A stretch of 64,000 bases of DNA from an uncultured Candidatus Binatia bacterium (GTDB lineage Bacteria; Desulfobacterota; Binatia; UBA9968; JAJDTQ01), in assembly GCA_965204505.1 (NCBI GenBank), contig CBDBFB010000004.1, positions 107,449-171,448 on the forward strand, read 5' to 3'. The stretch's first letter is position 1, and every line of letters starts with the position of its first letter. This document shows positions 49,245-58,136 of this stretch, in pieces. A model generated the notes under the pieces. The model was not told where the DNA came from. It did not search any database and saw only the letters and a list, made by a program, of their open reading frames with translations. The translations under genes and the position numbers were made by a program.

Positions 49245-50115
49245 GGGTTACCGTCGAGGCTCTCGTGGCGGCGGCCCTTGCCACCTGCTCCCGCAGGCGC
49301 GCTACGTCCGCCAGAAGCTCGTCGCCCTTCTCGTAGTCGTTGTCCCGCTCCAGGATGATGGTCCGCGGCTGCTGCCGCCGGAGCGCGTAGCCCAGGATGT
49401 CCAGCGCCTGCTCCGGCACCTGCCGGCTGTGGTTGTCCGCGTAGAACGGCGTATCCAGATACGGCCGGCGAACCAACGGTCCGCCGGCCGCGTGCACTCC
49501 CGTAACTACCCCCTCCGGCATCGCGTCTAGAAACCCACGCGGGTCAACCCCGTGGTTGTGGGAGTTCACGAACAGGTTCTCCACGTCCAGCAGCATCTCC
49601 ATCCCTGTCTCTCGGAACAGCAGGTTGAAAAACTCCGAGTCGTCCATCTCGCTGTCCGGGAAGTCGAACACGTAGGAGATGTTCTCCAGCGAGAACGGCA
49701 CCGGCAGGCGGGACTGCACCTGCTCGATCTTCGGGATCAGTATGTCCGCGACGGCGCGAGTCTTGGGCACCGGTAGCAGGTTGGCCAAGTCGATGTCCGG
49801 AACCTTGGTCCAGGCCAGATGCTCGCTGTAGGACGGTACCTTAAGGTCCTCCACGGCCTCGCACACGCCGTCCAGGTACTCGTCGTCCAGAGGCACGTCG
49901 GTGCCGATGGAAAGACCCACCCCATGCAGCACCAGCGGTATCCTGTCCACCAGGTTCCGGATCGCCCGACGGGTATAGTCGCCGCCCCGGATGTAGTGGT
50001 CGACGGTCACCTCCAGCACGTCGAAACGGTGCAGGTTGGCCAGCGTCCACCTAGCGATGGGAACCCGGAAGCCGATCCCGATAAGGGGTGTTGCATTTGA
50101 GGACGAAAGGCTCAT
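49228..50115 (-). CDS. DUF692 (UPF0276; MbnB/TglH/HvfB-family) TIM-barrel non-heme iron enzyme
   Basis: ...IGIGFRVP...LEVTVDHY...PLVLHGVGLSIGTDVPLDDEYL...SEHLAW...LLPVP...LENISYVFDF...MLLDVENLFVNSHNHGVDP...VHAAGG matches the DUF692 consensus throughout. Confidence 0.85.
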   Translation of the reverse strand: MSLSSSNATPLIGIGFRVPIARWTLANLHRFDVLEVTVDHYIRGGDYTRRAIRNLVDRIPLVLHGVGLSIGTDVPLDDEYLDGVCEAVEDLKVPSYSEHLAWTKVPDIDLANLLPVPKTRAVADILIPKIEQVQSRLPVPFSLENISYVFDFPDSEMDDSEFFNLLFRETGMEMLLDVENLFVNSHNHGVDPRGFLDAMPEGVVTGVHAAGGPLVRRPYLDTPFYADNHSRQVPEQALDILGYALRRQQPRTIILERDNDYEKGDELLADVARLREQVARAAATRASTVTHATTH

Positions 50116-50121
50116 TTTTGT

Positions 50122-50658
50122 TTAGTTCGCGTTTAGTTCTTCTCTAAGCTCGTCCATGGTCTTGCATTCCTCACTCTCATCACGACGGTCCTTTCCATCC
50201 AATATTGCTTGAATGATAGTGACTTCCGGAGGGGCACCGCTAAAGAAACCACCTAGGACAGTCCCACTAGCAGTACCGTAAACTTGCGCTTCGCAGGTTG
50301 CTGTTGCTTCGCTCAAGGCCATAGCGTCGCCACGTTTTCCATCCTCTGTGTCGATGTGATTTTCTGCGGTATCCGCTGCTGCTTGGTTATCGGCGATGGT
50401 CTCGGCGATTGCATCGTTGAGTCCTTCGTCCTGGGTATCCTCAGCGTCGTCGCATCCACAAGACTCGCAAGCGTCACAGCTATCACATCCGCAGTCACAC
50501 CCGCACCCGCACCCGCACCCATGGACCTCCAGGTCAAGGTCGTCGTTTCGAGGGTCGAGCACCCATGGTATGACTATGGAACCGCGCTGAAGGGCGTCAC
50601 GCTGAAGGGCGTCACGCTGAAGGGCGTCACGCTGAAGGGCGTCATTATCCAACTGCAT
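50122..50658 (-). CDS. Cys-Gly-repeat precursor-peptide candidate (RiPP substrate)
   Basis: GGAAAGGGG RBS. Leader with 4x DALQR. Core HGCGCGCGCDCGCDSCDACESCGCDD with 10 Cys, then an acidic ~100-aa tail. It lies directly upstream of the DUF692/DUF2063 genes. Confidence 0.6.
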   Translation of the reverse strand: MQLDNDALQRDALQRDALQRDALQRGSIVIPWVLDPRNDDLDLEVHGCGCGCGCDCGCDSCDACESCGCDDAEDTQDEGLNDAIAETIADNQAAADTAENHIDTEDGKRGDAMALSEATATCEAQVYGTASGTVLGGFFSGAPPEVTIIQAILDGKDRRDESEECKTMDELREELNAN

Positions 50659-50709
50659 CTTGGCACCCCTTTCCTGGGTACCAAATAAAAAAAGGTACCC
50701 ATGTCAATT

Positions 50710-50814
50710 GGGTACCCGCTTCTTGGGTACCCGCTTCTTGGGTACCCGCTTCTTGGGTACCCGCTTCTTGGGTACCCGCTTCTTGGGTACCCGCTTCTTG
50801 GGTACCCGCTTCTT
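50710..50814. promoter_or_regulatory. 7 perfect tandem copies of the 15-bp unit gggtacccgcttctt (palindromic GGGTACCC core), 50-160 bp upstream of the precursor gene
   Basis: Exact repeats at 50710, 50725, 50740, 50755, 50770, 50785 and 50800. Two more GGTACC sites lie at 50677 and 50694. Confidence 0.75.
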
Positions 50815-50823
50815 GCAAGACTA

Positions 50824-51110
50824 TCATGCACAATTCAGGGCTGTCGTCAAGGGCACGATCATCATGGTGCAGGGCGGTTTGATTCTTCGAGGTTTTTTGA
50901 ACAATCCCTTGCGCACTTTCAGAACAAATTCGCCTTGTGGCAGAGGGGCGGGCGAGGTCTGAGGCCCGGTCCTCTGGAGTTGTCGTTCGTAAGCCTCCTG
51001 TGGGGTGGAGCCTGCAAGGGCGGAGTGAGGCCGTTGGGCATTGTACAACTCAAGCCTTTAACATCCTCAAAACCGGCAAGAACAAGATCCAGTACGAGTT
51101 TCATCCTGGT
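50824..51110 (-). pseudogene. rve-family (IS3/IS481-like) transposase C-terminal remnant
   Basis: ...MYNAQRPHSALAGSTPQEAYERQ is the conserved integrase-core tail. The upstream part is frameshifted and truncated. Confidence 0.6.
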
Positions 51111-51563
51111 TCGGTCGCGAACTCAGTGTCCACGGGGTGGTGGAGAAGGGGCTGGGGGTTGTGCGATGGACGTGGCGAGGGGACTTGCAGGAGCGAGCTC
51201 TGGAAGTGCCGCTATGGATGTTCGACCATCTGACCTGTCTGTCTGTGCGTCTTCGGAAGCGTCCGCAAGTCGATCTGGCAGCGCTTGATGCACCGAAGCG
51301 GAAACCCGTGCGCGACGCGGGGGCTTAGTCGCGAAAGTAACCGGAGATTGCACGCGGGGTAGCGATGCGGTGAAGTGACGGTGGCTGGGGGAGTCGAGGC
51401 CGGTTGCTCCCACTGGTGTGCACAGGCACCCGTACTGAAGCATGGCCCGAACCACGATCGGCTTCAGTCACTGATGGCGCGGCTTGGCCGCGACCTCGTT
51501 CGAGAGATTGAGATTTTGCCGTGTGGTTCCTCCCCGGCACACCACAAGGCGGGAGGACTTGGC

Positions 51564-52976
51564 ATGCCACGGAAGAGCAAGAGGACGGAGCGTCTCAGGG
51601 TGGTGAATCCGAACTGCGCGGGGATCGACATCGGCAAGGACCGTCACTACGTGGCGGTGGATCCGGAGCGCTGTGCAGAGCCGGTCCGGTCGTTTGATGG
51701 CTTCACACGGGATCTGAAAGCGATGGCGGCATGGCTGAGATCGTGTGGGGTGAAGAAGGTGGCGATGGAATCGACCTCGGTGTACTGGATCCCGGTGTAC
51801 GAGGTGCTGGAGCGCGCGGGCTTCGAGGTGATGCTGGTGCCGCCGCGGATGACGAAGCAAATTGCCGGGCGCAAGAGCGACGTACTCGATTGCCAGTGGA
51901 TCTGGCAGTTGCTGTCCTACGGCCTTCTGCGGGGCGCGTTCCGGCCCGGGGATGCGATCTGCCCGCTCCGCTCCTACGTGCGCCAGACGAAGCGGCTGAT
52001 CGAGGACCGCGCGCGTTGCGTGCAGCACATGCAGAAGGCTCTGACCGAGATGAACATCCGGCTGGACTCGGTGCTCGCCGAGATCATGGGACAGACCGGA
52101 CAGAAGATCCTGCGGGCGATCATAGGCGGCGAGCGCGACGCGCAACGTCTGGCGTCGTTCCGGGACCGGCGGGTCAAGGCCAGCGGTGACACGATCGCCG
52201 CAAGCCTGGAGGGCACCTGGCGCGAGGAGCACCTGTTCGCGCTGGAGCAGGCCATGCAGCGCTACGACTTCCTCGAACAGCAGATCGAGGACTGCCAGGC
52301 GCAGATCGCGGCGCAGATCGAGGGCCTGACGCCGCCAGGCGGCAGCCCATCCGGGGACGAAGGCGCTGGTGGCGGATCGGCCGGCGAAGGCTGGAAGACG
52401 CTGTCGGGCTCCAGCGGCAGGAAGCCCGCGGCCGGCGACAGGGCCTTGACCATGGCGCTGCACCAGATGATGGGCGTCAACCTCACTGCGATCCCGGCCG
52501 TCGGCATCGGAACCGTCCTGACCATCGCCTCGGAGATCGGTCCGGACTTCTCCGCCTTCCCTTCCGCCAAGCACTTCTGCTCCTGGATGGGGGTGGCGCC
52601 GGGGACCCGGATCAGCGGCGGCAAGCCATTGCCGGGCCGAGCGCCCAAGGTAGTCAACCCGGTAGGGCAGGCGCTTCGGATGGCTGCCGTGGCAGCGCGA
52701 AGGAGCCAGACCTTCATCGGCGCCAAACACCGCGCCCGTCTCGCCCGCAAGGACGCGGCCGTCGCCATCACCGCAACCGCGCGCGAGCTCGCCTGCCTCA
52801 TCTACCTGATGGTGACGCGGGGCGAGGAATACGTCGAGAAGGGCATGGACGCCTATGAGAAGCGGCGCATCGATCGCACCTTCGCCAACCTCAACCGAAA
52901 GGCCCGTACTCTCGGATACCGGCTCGTCCAGGCCGTCGTCCAAGAAGTACCCAACGGCGCTCCAGAAGCAGCCTAG
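51564..52976 (+). CDS. IS110-family transposase (IS1111-like subgroup, 470 aa)
   Basis: GGGAGGA RBS. ...NCAGIDIGKDRHYVAV...VAMESTSVYW... DEDD_Tnp N-domain. C-terminal ...GVAPGTRISGGK... transposase_20-like domain. Confidence 0.85.
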   Translation: MPRKSKRTERLRVVNPNCAGIDIGKDRHYVAVDPERCAEPVRSFDGFTRDLKAMAAWLRSCGVKKVAMESTSVYWIPVYEVLERAGFEVMLVPPRMTKQIAGRKSDVLDCQWIWQLLSYGLLRGAFRPGDAICPLRSYVRQTKRLIEDRARCVQHMQKALTEMNIRLDSVLAEIMGQTGQKILRAIIGGERDAQRLASFRDRRVKASGDTIAASLEGTWREEHLFALEQAMQRYDFLEQQIEDCQAQIAAQIEGLTPPGGSPSGDEGAGGGSAGEGWKTLSGSSGRKPAAGDRALTMALHQMMGVNLTAIPAVGIGTVLTIASEIGPDFSAFPSAKHFCSWMGVAPGTRISGGKPLPGRAPKVVNPVGQALRMAAVAARRSQTFIGAKHRARLARKDAAVAITATARELACLIYLMVTRGEEYVEKGMDAYEKRRIDRTFANLNRKARTLGYRLVQAVVQEVPNGAPEAA

Positions 52977-52984
52977 TTACTCGA

Positions 52985-54965
52985 GTGCGCCGTGCAAGGC
53001 GCCATCCCTTAGCGGGTTGCGAGACCCGCCCGGCAACTGTCGCTCCAGCCGGTAGCAGTCGGAGCGGACGATGGAGGTAACGACATGGTTTGAAGCACTC
53101 CGATGAAACGGGCCGCCTTGGGCGGCTCAGCGACCATGCGGGCCGCAACGCGAGTGAACGCCGAGCAGGCCTCGAAACTGGCAACGCGGAAGCCGACCCG
53201 CCTCGAGTACGGGAAAGGCTGCCATCGGCCGGGAAGCGAGCGACACACGCACCGGCCGGTTCCGCCGGGGTATTGGCGGCGGCACGCATGGAAGAAGGGG
53301 ATGGACGCAACACGGGAAGCCCCGGCGGTGGCGTAGCACGCGCCAACCGACAACCCGCGAGGGATGGGTCGGGCCGTTCGGGGTGGCGGAGAGGTCCGTA
53401 GTACCGCGGAAGCCGGGTAATGCCGGTGGAGGGAAGGGGCCTTGGTTCGAGAGCAGCGTTTGGAAGGAGGAAGGGACATGGGGACTGGCGAGAGCCTATC
53501 CGACCCGGAAAAGGTCCGGAGACTCCAGACGGCGCTACATGCGAAAGCGAAGGAGGCCCCGGGCTTTCGGTTCTACTCACTGAGCGACAAGGTGTGGCGC
53601 GCCGACGTGATGGCGGTCGCCTGGCAGGAGGTCCGCCGCAATGGCGGAGCCGCCGGGGTGGACGGTCAGACGGTAGCGGACATCGAGGCGCAAGGCGTGG
53701 AGCGGTGGCTTGGGGAACTGAGGCGGGACCTGAAGGCGGGAACCTATCGGCCCGAGGCGGTCCGGCAGGTTCTCATACCAAAGAAGCAGCGTGGGAAGTT
53801 GCGGCCCCTGGGCATTCCCTGCATACGGGACAGGGTGGCGCAGACGGCGGCGATGCTAGTGCTGTCGCCGATCTTCGAGGCCGACCTGCAACCGGAACAG
53901 TATGCCTACAGGCTGGGCCGGAGCGCGAATGATGCTGTCAGGCGCGTACACCGGCTGTTGAACACGGGCCACCGCGAGGTGGTGGACGCGGATCTAACGG
54001 ACTACTTCGGCCAGATTCCGCACGCCGAACTGCTCAAGTCCGTCGCCCGGCGCGTGAGCGACGGGCGGATGCTGGGCTGGGTTAAGGCGTGGCTTGAGAT
54101 GGCGGTCGAAGAAGACGACGGCAAGGGCGGCAAACGCCGTACGAACCGGGCGCGTCGCGAGAGGAAGGGAACCCCTCAAGGTTCTCCGATCTCCCCGTTG
54201 CTCTCCAACATCTACATGCGCCGCTTCATACTGGGCTGGAAGGTGCTGGGCCATGCCCGGCGCTTCAAGGCGGAAGTCGTCAACTATGCCGACGACCTGG
54301 TTGTGCTCGGCAAATCGTCGTCAGCGGAAATGCTGGCGGTGGTCGAGAACCTGATGGAACGGCTGAAACTGACGGTCAATGCCGAGAAGACCCGATGCTG
54401 CCGGGCGCCGGAGGACTCGTTTGAGTTCCTTGGCTATCGGATTGGACGCAACTACCGCCCGCACGGGAAGGGGAGCTACATCGGCACCCGGCCCAGCAAG
54501 GCGAGCGTCCAGAGCATCTGCCGCAGGATTAGCGAACTAACGGAACCCCGCTATGGGCTCCTGGACCAGGAGGTCGTGGCCGAACGGCTCAATCGACTGA
54601 TGCTCGGGTGGTCAAAGTACTTCATCCTGGGCCAGGTCGAGCCGGCCTATGCCGCGATCGACAGGCACGCTATCAAGCGGCTGCTCCAGTGGCGGCGTCG
54701 CAAGCACAAGGTGAGAGCCCGTAATTATGTGCAATACGGGTACGAGCAGCTCTGGACTGAGCACGGTCTCATCCGCCTTGCACCGCGAGCGACACGCTTT
54801 CCGTGGGCGAAGGCATGATCTCGTCCGAGAGCCGTGTGCGGGAAAACCGCACGCACGGTTCGATGAGCGGGGACTGGAAACGCGGCCAAGGGAGCCGGAC
54901 TGAGGCCCGGAGCGAAAGCGACGGACAAGCCACCGGACCCTAAAGCTGGCGCGCCAGTCCTCGAC
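52985..54965 (+). mobile_element. group II intron D (~2 kb) inserted 8 nt after the IS110-family transposase stop
   Basis: 5' GUGCGCCGUGCAAGG at 52985. Canonical domain V GAGCCGUGUGCGGGAAAACCGCACGCACGGUUC at 54828-54860. Putative 3' end ...GCGCGCCAGUCCUCGAC at about 54965. The 3'-end coordinate is uncertain by about 5 nt. Confidence 0.75.
53478..54818 (+). CDS. group II intron reverse transcriptase/maturase (no En domain)
   Basis: GGAGGA RBS. RT motifs ...LIPKKQRGKLRPLGIPCIRDRVAQ..., ...GTPQGSPISPLLSNIYM..., ...VVNYADDLVVLG..., X domain ...LMLGWSKYF... The stop lies just before domain V. Confidence 0.85.
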   Translation: MGTGESLSDPEKVRRLQTALHAKAKEAPGFRFYSLSDKVWRADVMAVAWQEVRRNGGAAGVDGQTVADIEAQGVERWLGELRRDLKAGTYRPEAVRQVLIPKKQRGKLRPLGIPCIRDRVAQTAAMLVLSPIFEADLQPEQYAYRLGRSANDAVRRVHRLLNTGHREVVDADLTDYFGQIPHAELLKSVARRVSDGRMLGWVKAWLEMAVEEDDGKGGKRRTNRARRERKGTPQGSPISPLLSNIYMRRFILGWKVLGHARRFKAEVVNYADDLVVLGKSSSAEMLAVVENLMERLKLTVNAEKTRCCRAPEDSFEFLGYRIGRNYRPHGKGSYIGTRPSKASVQSICRRISELTEPRYGLLDQEVVAERLNRLMLGWSKYFILGQVEPAYAAIDRHAIKRLLQWRRRKHKVRARNYVQYGYEQLWTEHGLIRLAPRATRFPWAKA

Positions 54966-55296
54966 TCTACGAGAGGGTTTGCTGGATGAGATTCCGAGGC
55001 CTGAGGGCACCTGCCGGTTCTTTGATCGCGCCCGATTCGGTTACAGACGTACCATCTGTCAACCAGGATCAGGGAGGCGATCATGGGTTCATCTCACAAG
55101 GAACCAAGGCAACTGGTATTGTTCGGTTCCGCGAGGCGGGACGGTTCCGGGAACACGCCGCCATGGCGGAGTCTCCCGGCTCAGACACGGCAGAAGGCCG
55201 TCGGTCTGCTGGCAAGGTTGTTCATCGAACATTGCCGGACGCCAGCGACGGACGTGACCGCACAGACCGCCGGTCCTCGACCAAGGGAGGACAGTG

Positions 55297-55580
55297 ATGT
55301 CTGAGAAGATCGAACGCCATCATCTGGAGCGTAAGGCCATCGTGTACGTGCGCAGTCCTCCGCCCATCAAGTAACGCACAACCGGGAGAGCCGAACGCTG
55401 CAATACGCCATGCGAGAACGGCTGAGGCAACTCGGCTGGCCGCGGATCGAGATCATAGACGACGATCTGGGTCGTTCCGCTTCGGGTAGCGCGGAACGGG
55501 AGGGGTTCAACCGGATGGTGGCGGAGGTGTGTCTTGGCTAGGTGGGCGCTGTGCTGTCGGTAGGGCGTGTCGCACCTGGT
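55297..55580 (+). pseudogene. serine recombinase (resolvase-domain) N-terminal fragment with internal stops
   Basis: MSEKIERHHLERKAIVYVRSPPPIK* ... LQYAMRERLRQLGWPRIEIIDDDLGRSASGSAEREGFNRMVAEV... then a frameshift. Recognisable resolvase N-domain but disrupted. Confidence 0.55.
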
Positions 55581-55840
55581 GCCCATTGGCAACCGTTCCG
55601 AGATGCCGTGCAGCCGAGCGGCTCGCCGTTGCGCTTGGCGCCTGAAATGGCGGATCTCTGCGTTTCTCAGCCGTCCGCCATCCCTGGTTATCCGGATCGG
55701 CACGGCCTCTCGGGGCGCTTACCCGACATGCATGCGCTGATTGACGCCCTTGTTGCATTCAAGCCGCTTGCGTTTCGCTTACGGTAGGAGCGAAATCCTA
55801 AAGACATCTCAGCATTTCCAGTCAGTTAGAGGGGGCTTGC

Positions 55841-56074
55841 TCATTCGCGTCCAAAACGGTCGGAGAGCGGGCCGAAAACGATCTGACCGAGGGCGAGCCC
55901 GAGGAGCATGGCCGTGATGACGAACTGGACGTCGTTCCGGCGCGGCGCACCGAGGTCGTGACCTATGGCCGGCAACGCCGGCAGCATCGCGTCGGTAGTG
56001 AGCGCGGGGAGCGACATCAACAGGGCGACGAGGGCCAGGAACTCGCCGGCACGAAGCGGGGTCGTGCGACTCAA
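55841..56074 (-). pseudogene. MFS (Bcr/CflA-type) transporter N-terminal fragment
   Basis: ...LPALPAIGHDLGA...QFVITAMLLGLALGQIVFGPLSDRFGRE is MFS TM1-TM2 including the GxLSDRxGRR-like motif. Only 77 aa remain. Confidence 0.55.
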
Positions 56075-56099
56075 TCTTCCTCCCCCGGCGTCACGAACG

Positions 56100-57083
56100 C
56101 TACTCCTTCCCCAGAAACCACGTCGCCAGGTTGTTGAAGTCCTCCGGCTGGTCCAGCCATATGAAGTGGCTGGCCTTGTCGAAGATGTGCATCTGGGCGT
56201 TGGGGATGCTCTTGTAGAGGTCGTAGCCGGGGTCGATGCCCTTGTTGGAGTTGCGCCCCCACATGACCAGGGTCGGGACGCCGATCTTGTGCACGTGGTC
56301 GCGGATGTGGGCGCCGTCGAAGTAGTACATCTCGCTGGCGCCCCGCATGCCGTTCTTCTCCCAGTACTCCTTCCCCTTGTGCTTCATGTAGAGGTCGTTC
56401 CAGCGGGCCGACAGTTCCATCAGGTGGTCCAGGTACTCCTCGGTGACCATGTCCTTGTTGTAGACGAAGGCTCCGACGTACTTGCGGAGGCCCTCCCGGG
56501 TGTTGGTGAGCCCCTCCTTGGGCATCATGGTGCCGGGCTCGAACACGTCCTTGAAGTAGGGCAGGTCGCCGCTGCCGTCCACCTCCACCTGCTGGCCGTC
56601 CACCTCGATGACCTGCCGTCCCTCGCCCGGCTTGCGGATGCCCGACCCCGCGGTGCTGCCGCTGTCGACGAGGATGAGCTTCTTCACCAGGTCCGGCCGC
56701 TTGATGGTGATGTAGGTGACGATCCAGCCCCCCTGGGACTGGCCGATGAGGTTCACCGGCGCCAGGTCCAGGGCCTCGATGAAGCTGATGACGTGGTCCG
56801 CGCGCACGCGCACGTGGCCCAGGTCGTCCAGGTTGCGCGGCGGGTCGGTTTGTCCGTGCCCCAACTCGTCGATGGCATAGACGTGAAGGTGCTCGCCCAG
56901 CGGAACGATGTTCGGGTACCAGCGGTAGTTGCCCATGCCGATCTCGTTGGCCCCGCCGTGGCACATGACGACACGCTCCGGGTTGGATTCGCCGGCCTCG
57001 ATGTAGTGGGTCCTGTAGCCGTCCGCGGTGACGAAGCGGCTATTCCACTTGTCCGGGCTGTTGAAGATGGTTTTCCGTTCCAT
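56100..57083 (-). CDS. alpha/beta-hydrolase fold enzyme (MhpC/BphD-like), paralog 1 of 3
   Basis: Nucleophile elbow GQSQGGW. Lid and C-terminal His region. 327 aa. Confidence 0.8.
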   Translation of the reverse strand: MERKTIFNSPDKWNSRFVTADGYRTHYIEAGESNPERVVMCHGGANEIGMGNYRWYPNIVPLGEHLHVYAIDELGHGQTDPPRNLDDLGHVRVRADHVISFIEALDLAPVNLIGQSQGGWIVTYITIKRPDLVKKLILVDSGSTAGSGIRKPGEGRQVIEVDGQQVEVDGSGDLPYFKDVFEPGTMMPKEGLTNTREGLRKYVGAFVYNKDMVTEEYLDHLMELSARWNDLYMKHKGKEYWEKNGMRGASEMYYFDGAHIRDHVHKIGVPTLVMWGRNSNKGIDPGYDLYKSIPNAQMHIFDKASHFIWLDQPEDFNNLATWFLGKE

Positions 57084-57086
57084 TGA

Positions 57087-58073
57087 CTAATCCTCCCCCT
57101 TGGTAACGAACCAGAGCACCAGGTCGTTGAAGTCCCGGACCTGGTCCCACCAGCAGAAGTGGCTGGCCTTGTCCAGGATGTGCATCTGCGCGTTGGGCAT
57201 GCGCTTGTAAAGCTCGTATTGCGGATCGATGCCCTTCACCGAGTTCTTGCCGGCGATGAACAGCGTCGGGTTCTTGATGCGGTGCACGTGGTCGCGGATG
57301 TGCTTGCCTTCGAAGAAGTACATGTCGTGGTGGCCCTTGACGTCCTGCCTGTCCCAGAACTGCTTGCCCCGGTGCTCCAGGTAGAAGGCGGTCCAGCGTT
57401 TGGAGGTCTCCTCCAGGTAGTCCACGTACTCGTCGGTGACCATGGAGTGGTCGTAGGCGAAGGTTTCCGTGTACATACGGATACCCTCGCGGGTGTCCAG
57501 CAGCCCTTCCTTGGGCAGCATGGTGCCGGGCTCGAAGATCTTCTTGAAATACGGCAGCTCGCCGCCTCCCGTCCGGATCTTCTCCCCGTCGATCTCCTGG
57601 ACGTCGCCGACATCGTTCTCTGCGCCGGTCTTGAAGCCCGACCCGGCGGTGCTGCCGCTGTCCACCAGCACGAGCCTCTTCACCAGGTCCGGACGGGTGA
57701 TGGTGATGTAGGTGACGATCCAGCCGCCCTGGGACTGCCCGCACAGGTTGATGGGCCCCAGCCCCTTTTCCTCGATGAAGCGGATGACGTGCTCGGCGCG
57801 AACGCGCACATGCCCCAGGTCGGCGATGTCCCGCGGCGGGTCGGTGAAGCCGTGCCCCAGTTCGTCGACGGCGAAGACGTGGAGCTTTTCCGCCAGCGGG
57901 AGCACCGTGGGGTACCACCGGTAGAGCCCCGCACCCAGCGCCGCGCTGCCGCCGTGCACCAGCAGCAGCCGGTCGTTGGCCGGGTCCCCGGCCTCGATGA
58001 AGTGGGTCTTGTAGCCGTCGATGGCCTCGTCGTGCTTCTTGTACTTGTCGGGGCTGTTGAACAATGTCTCCAC
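57087..58073 (-). CDS. alpha/beta-hydrolase fold enzyme, paralog 2 of 3
   Basis: GQSQGGW. Shares the METLFNSPDKY N-terminus with paralog 3 and the PVNL..QSQGGWIVTYITI core with paralog 1. Confidence 0.8.
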   Translation of the reverse strand: METLFNSPDKYKKHDEAIDGYKTHFIEAGDPANDRLLLVHGGSAALGAGLYRWYPTVLPLAEKLHVFAVDELGHGFTDPPRDIADLGHVRVRAEHVIRFIEEKGLGPINLCGQSQGGWIVTYITITRPDLVKRLVLVDSGSTAGSGFKTGAENDVGDVQEIDGEKIRTGGGELPYFKKIFEPGTMLPKEGLLDTREGIRMYTETFAYDHSMVTDEYVDYLEETSKRWTAFYLEHRGKQFWDRQDVKGHHDMYFFEGKHIRDHVHRIKNPTLFIAGKNSVKGIDPQYELYKRMPNAQMHILDKASHFCWWDQVRDFNDLVLWFVTKGED

Positions 58074-58136
58074 TTCGTTACCTCCTCCGGGTTCCGGGTC
58101 GTGCCGATGGGAGCCTGTGTTGCGGTGGTCCCCACG

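Noticed and set aside
50574-50962. ORFs translating the 15-bp repeats (GTRFL x7 on plus; GYPRS x7 on minus) and a possible CRISPR array
   Set aside because: Artefacts of the perfect tandem DNA repeats. There are no spacers (the units are contiguous), so this is not a CRISPR array.
51468-52943. 491-aa minus-strand ORF opposite the IS110-family transposase
   Set aside because: Gly/Arg-rich shadow ORF. The plus-strand frame has the DEDD transposase signature.
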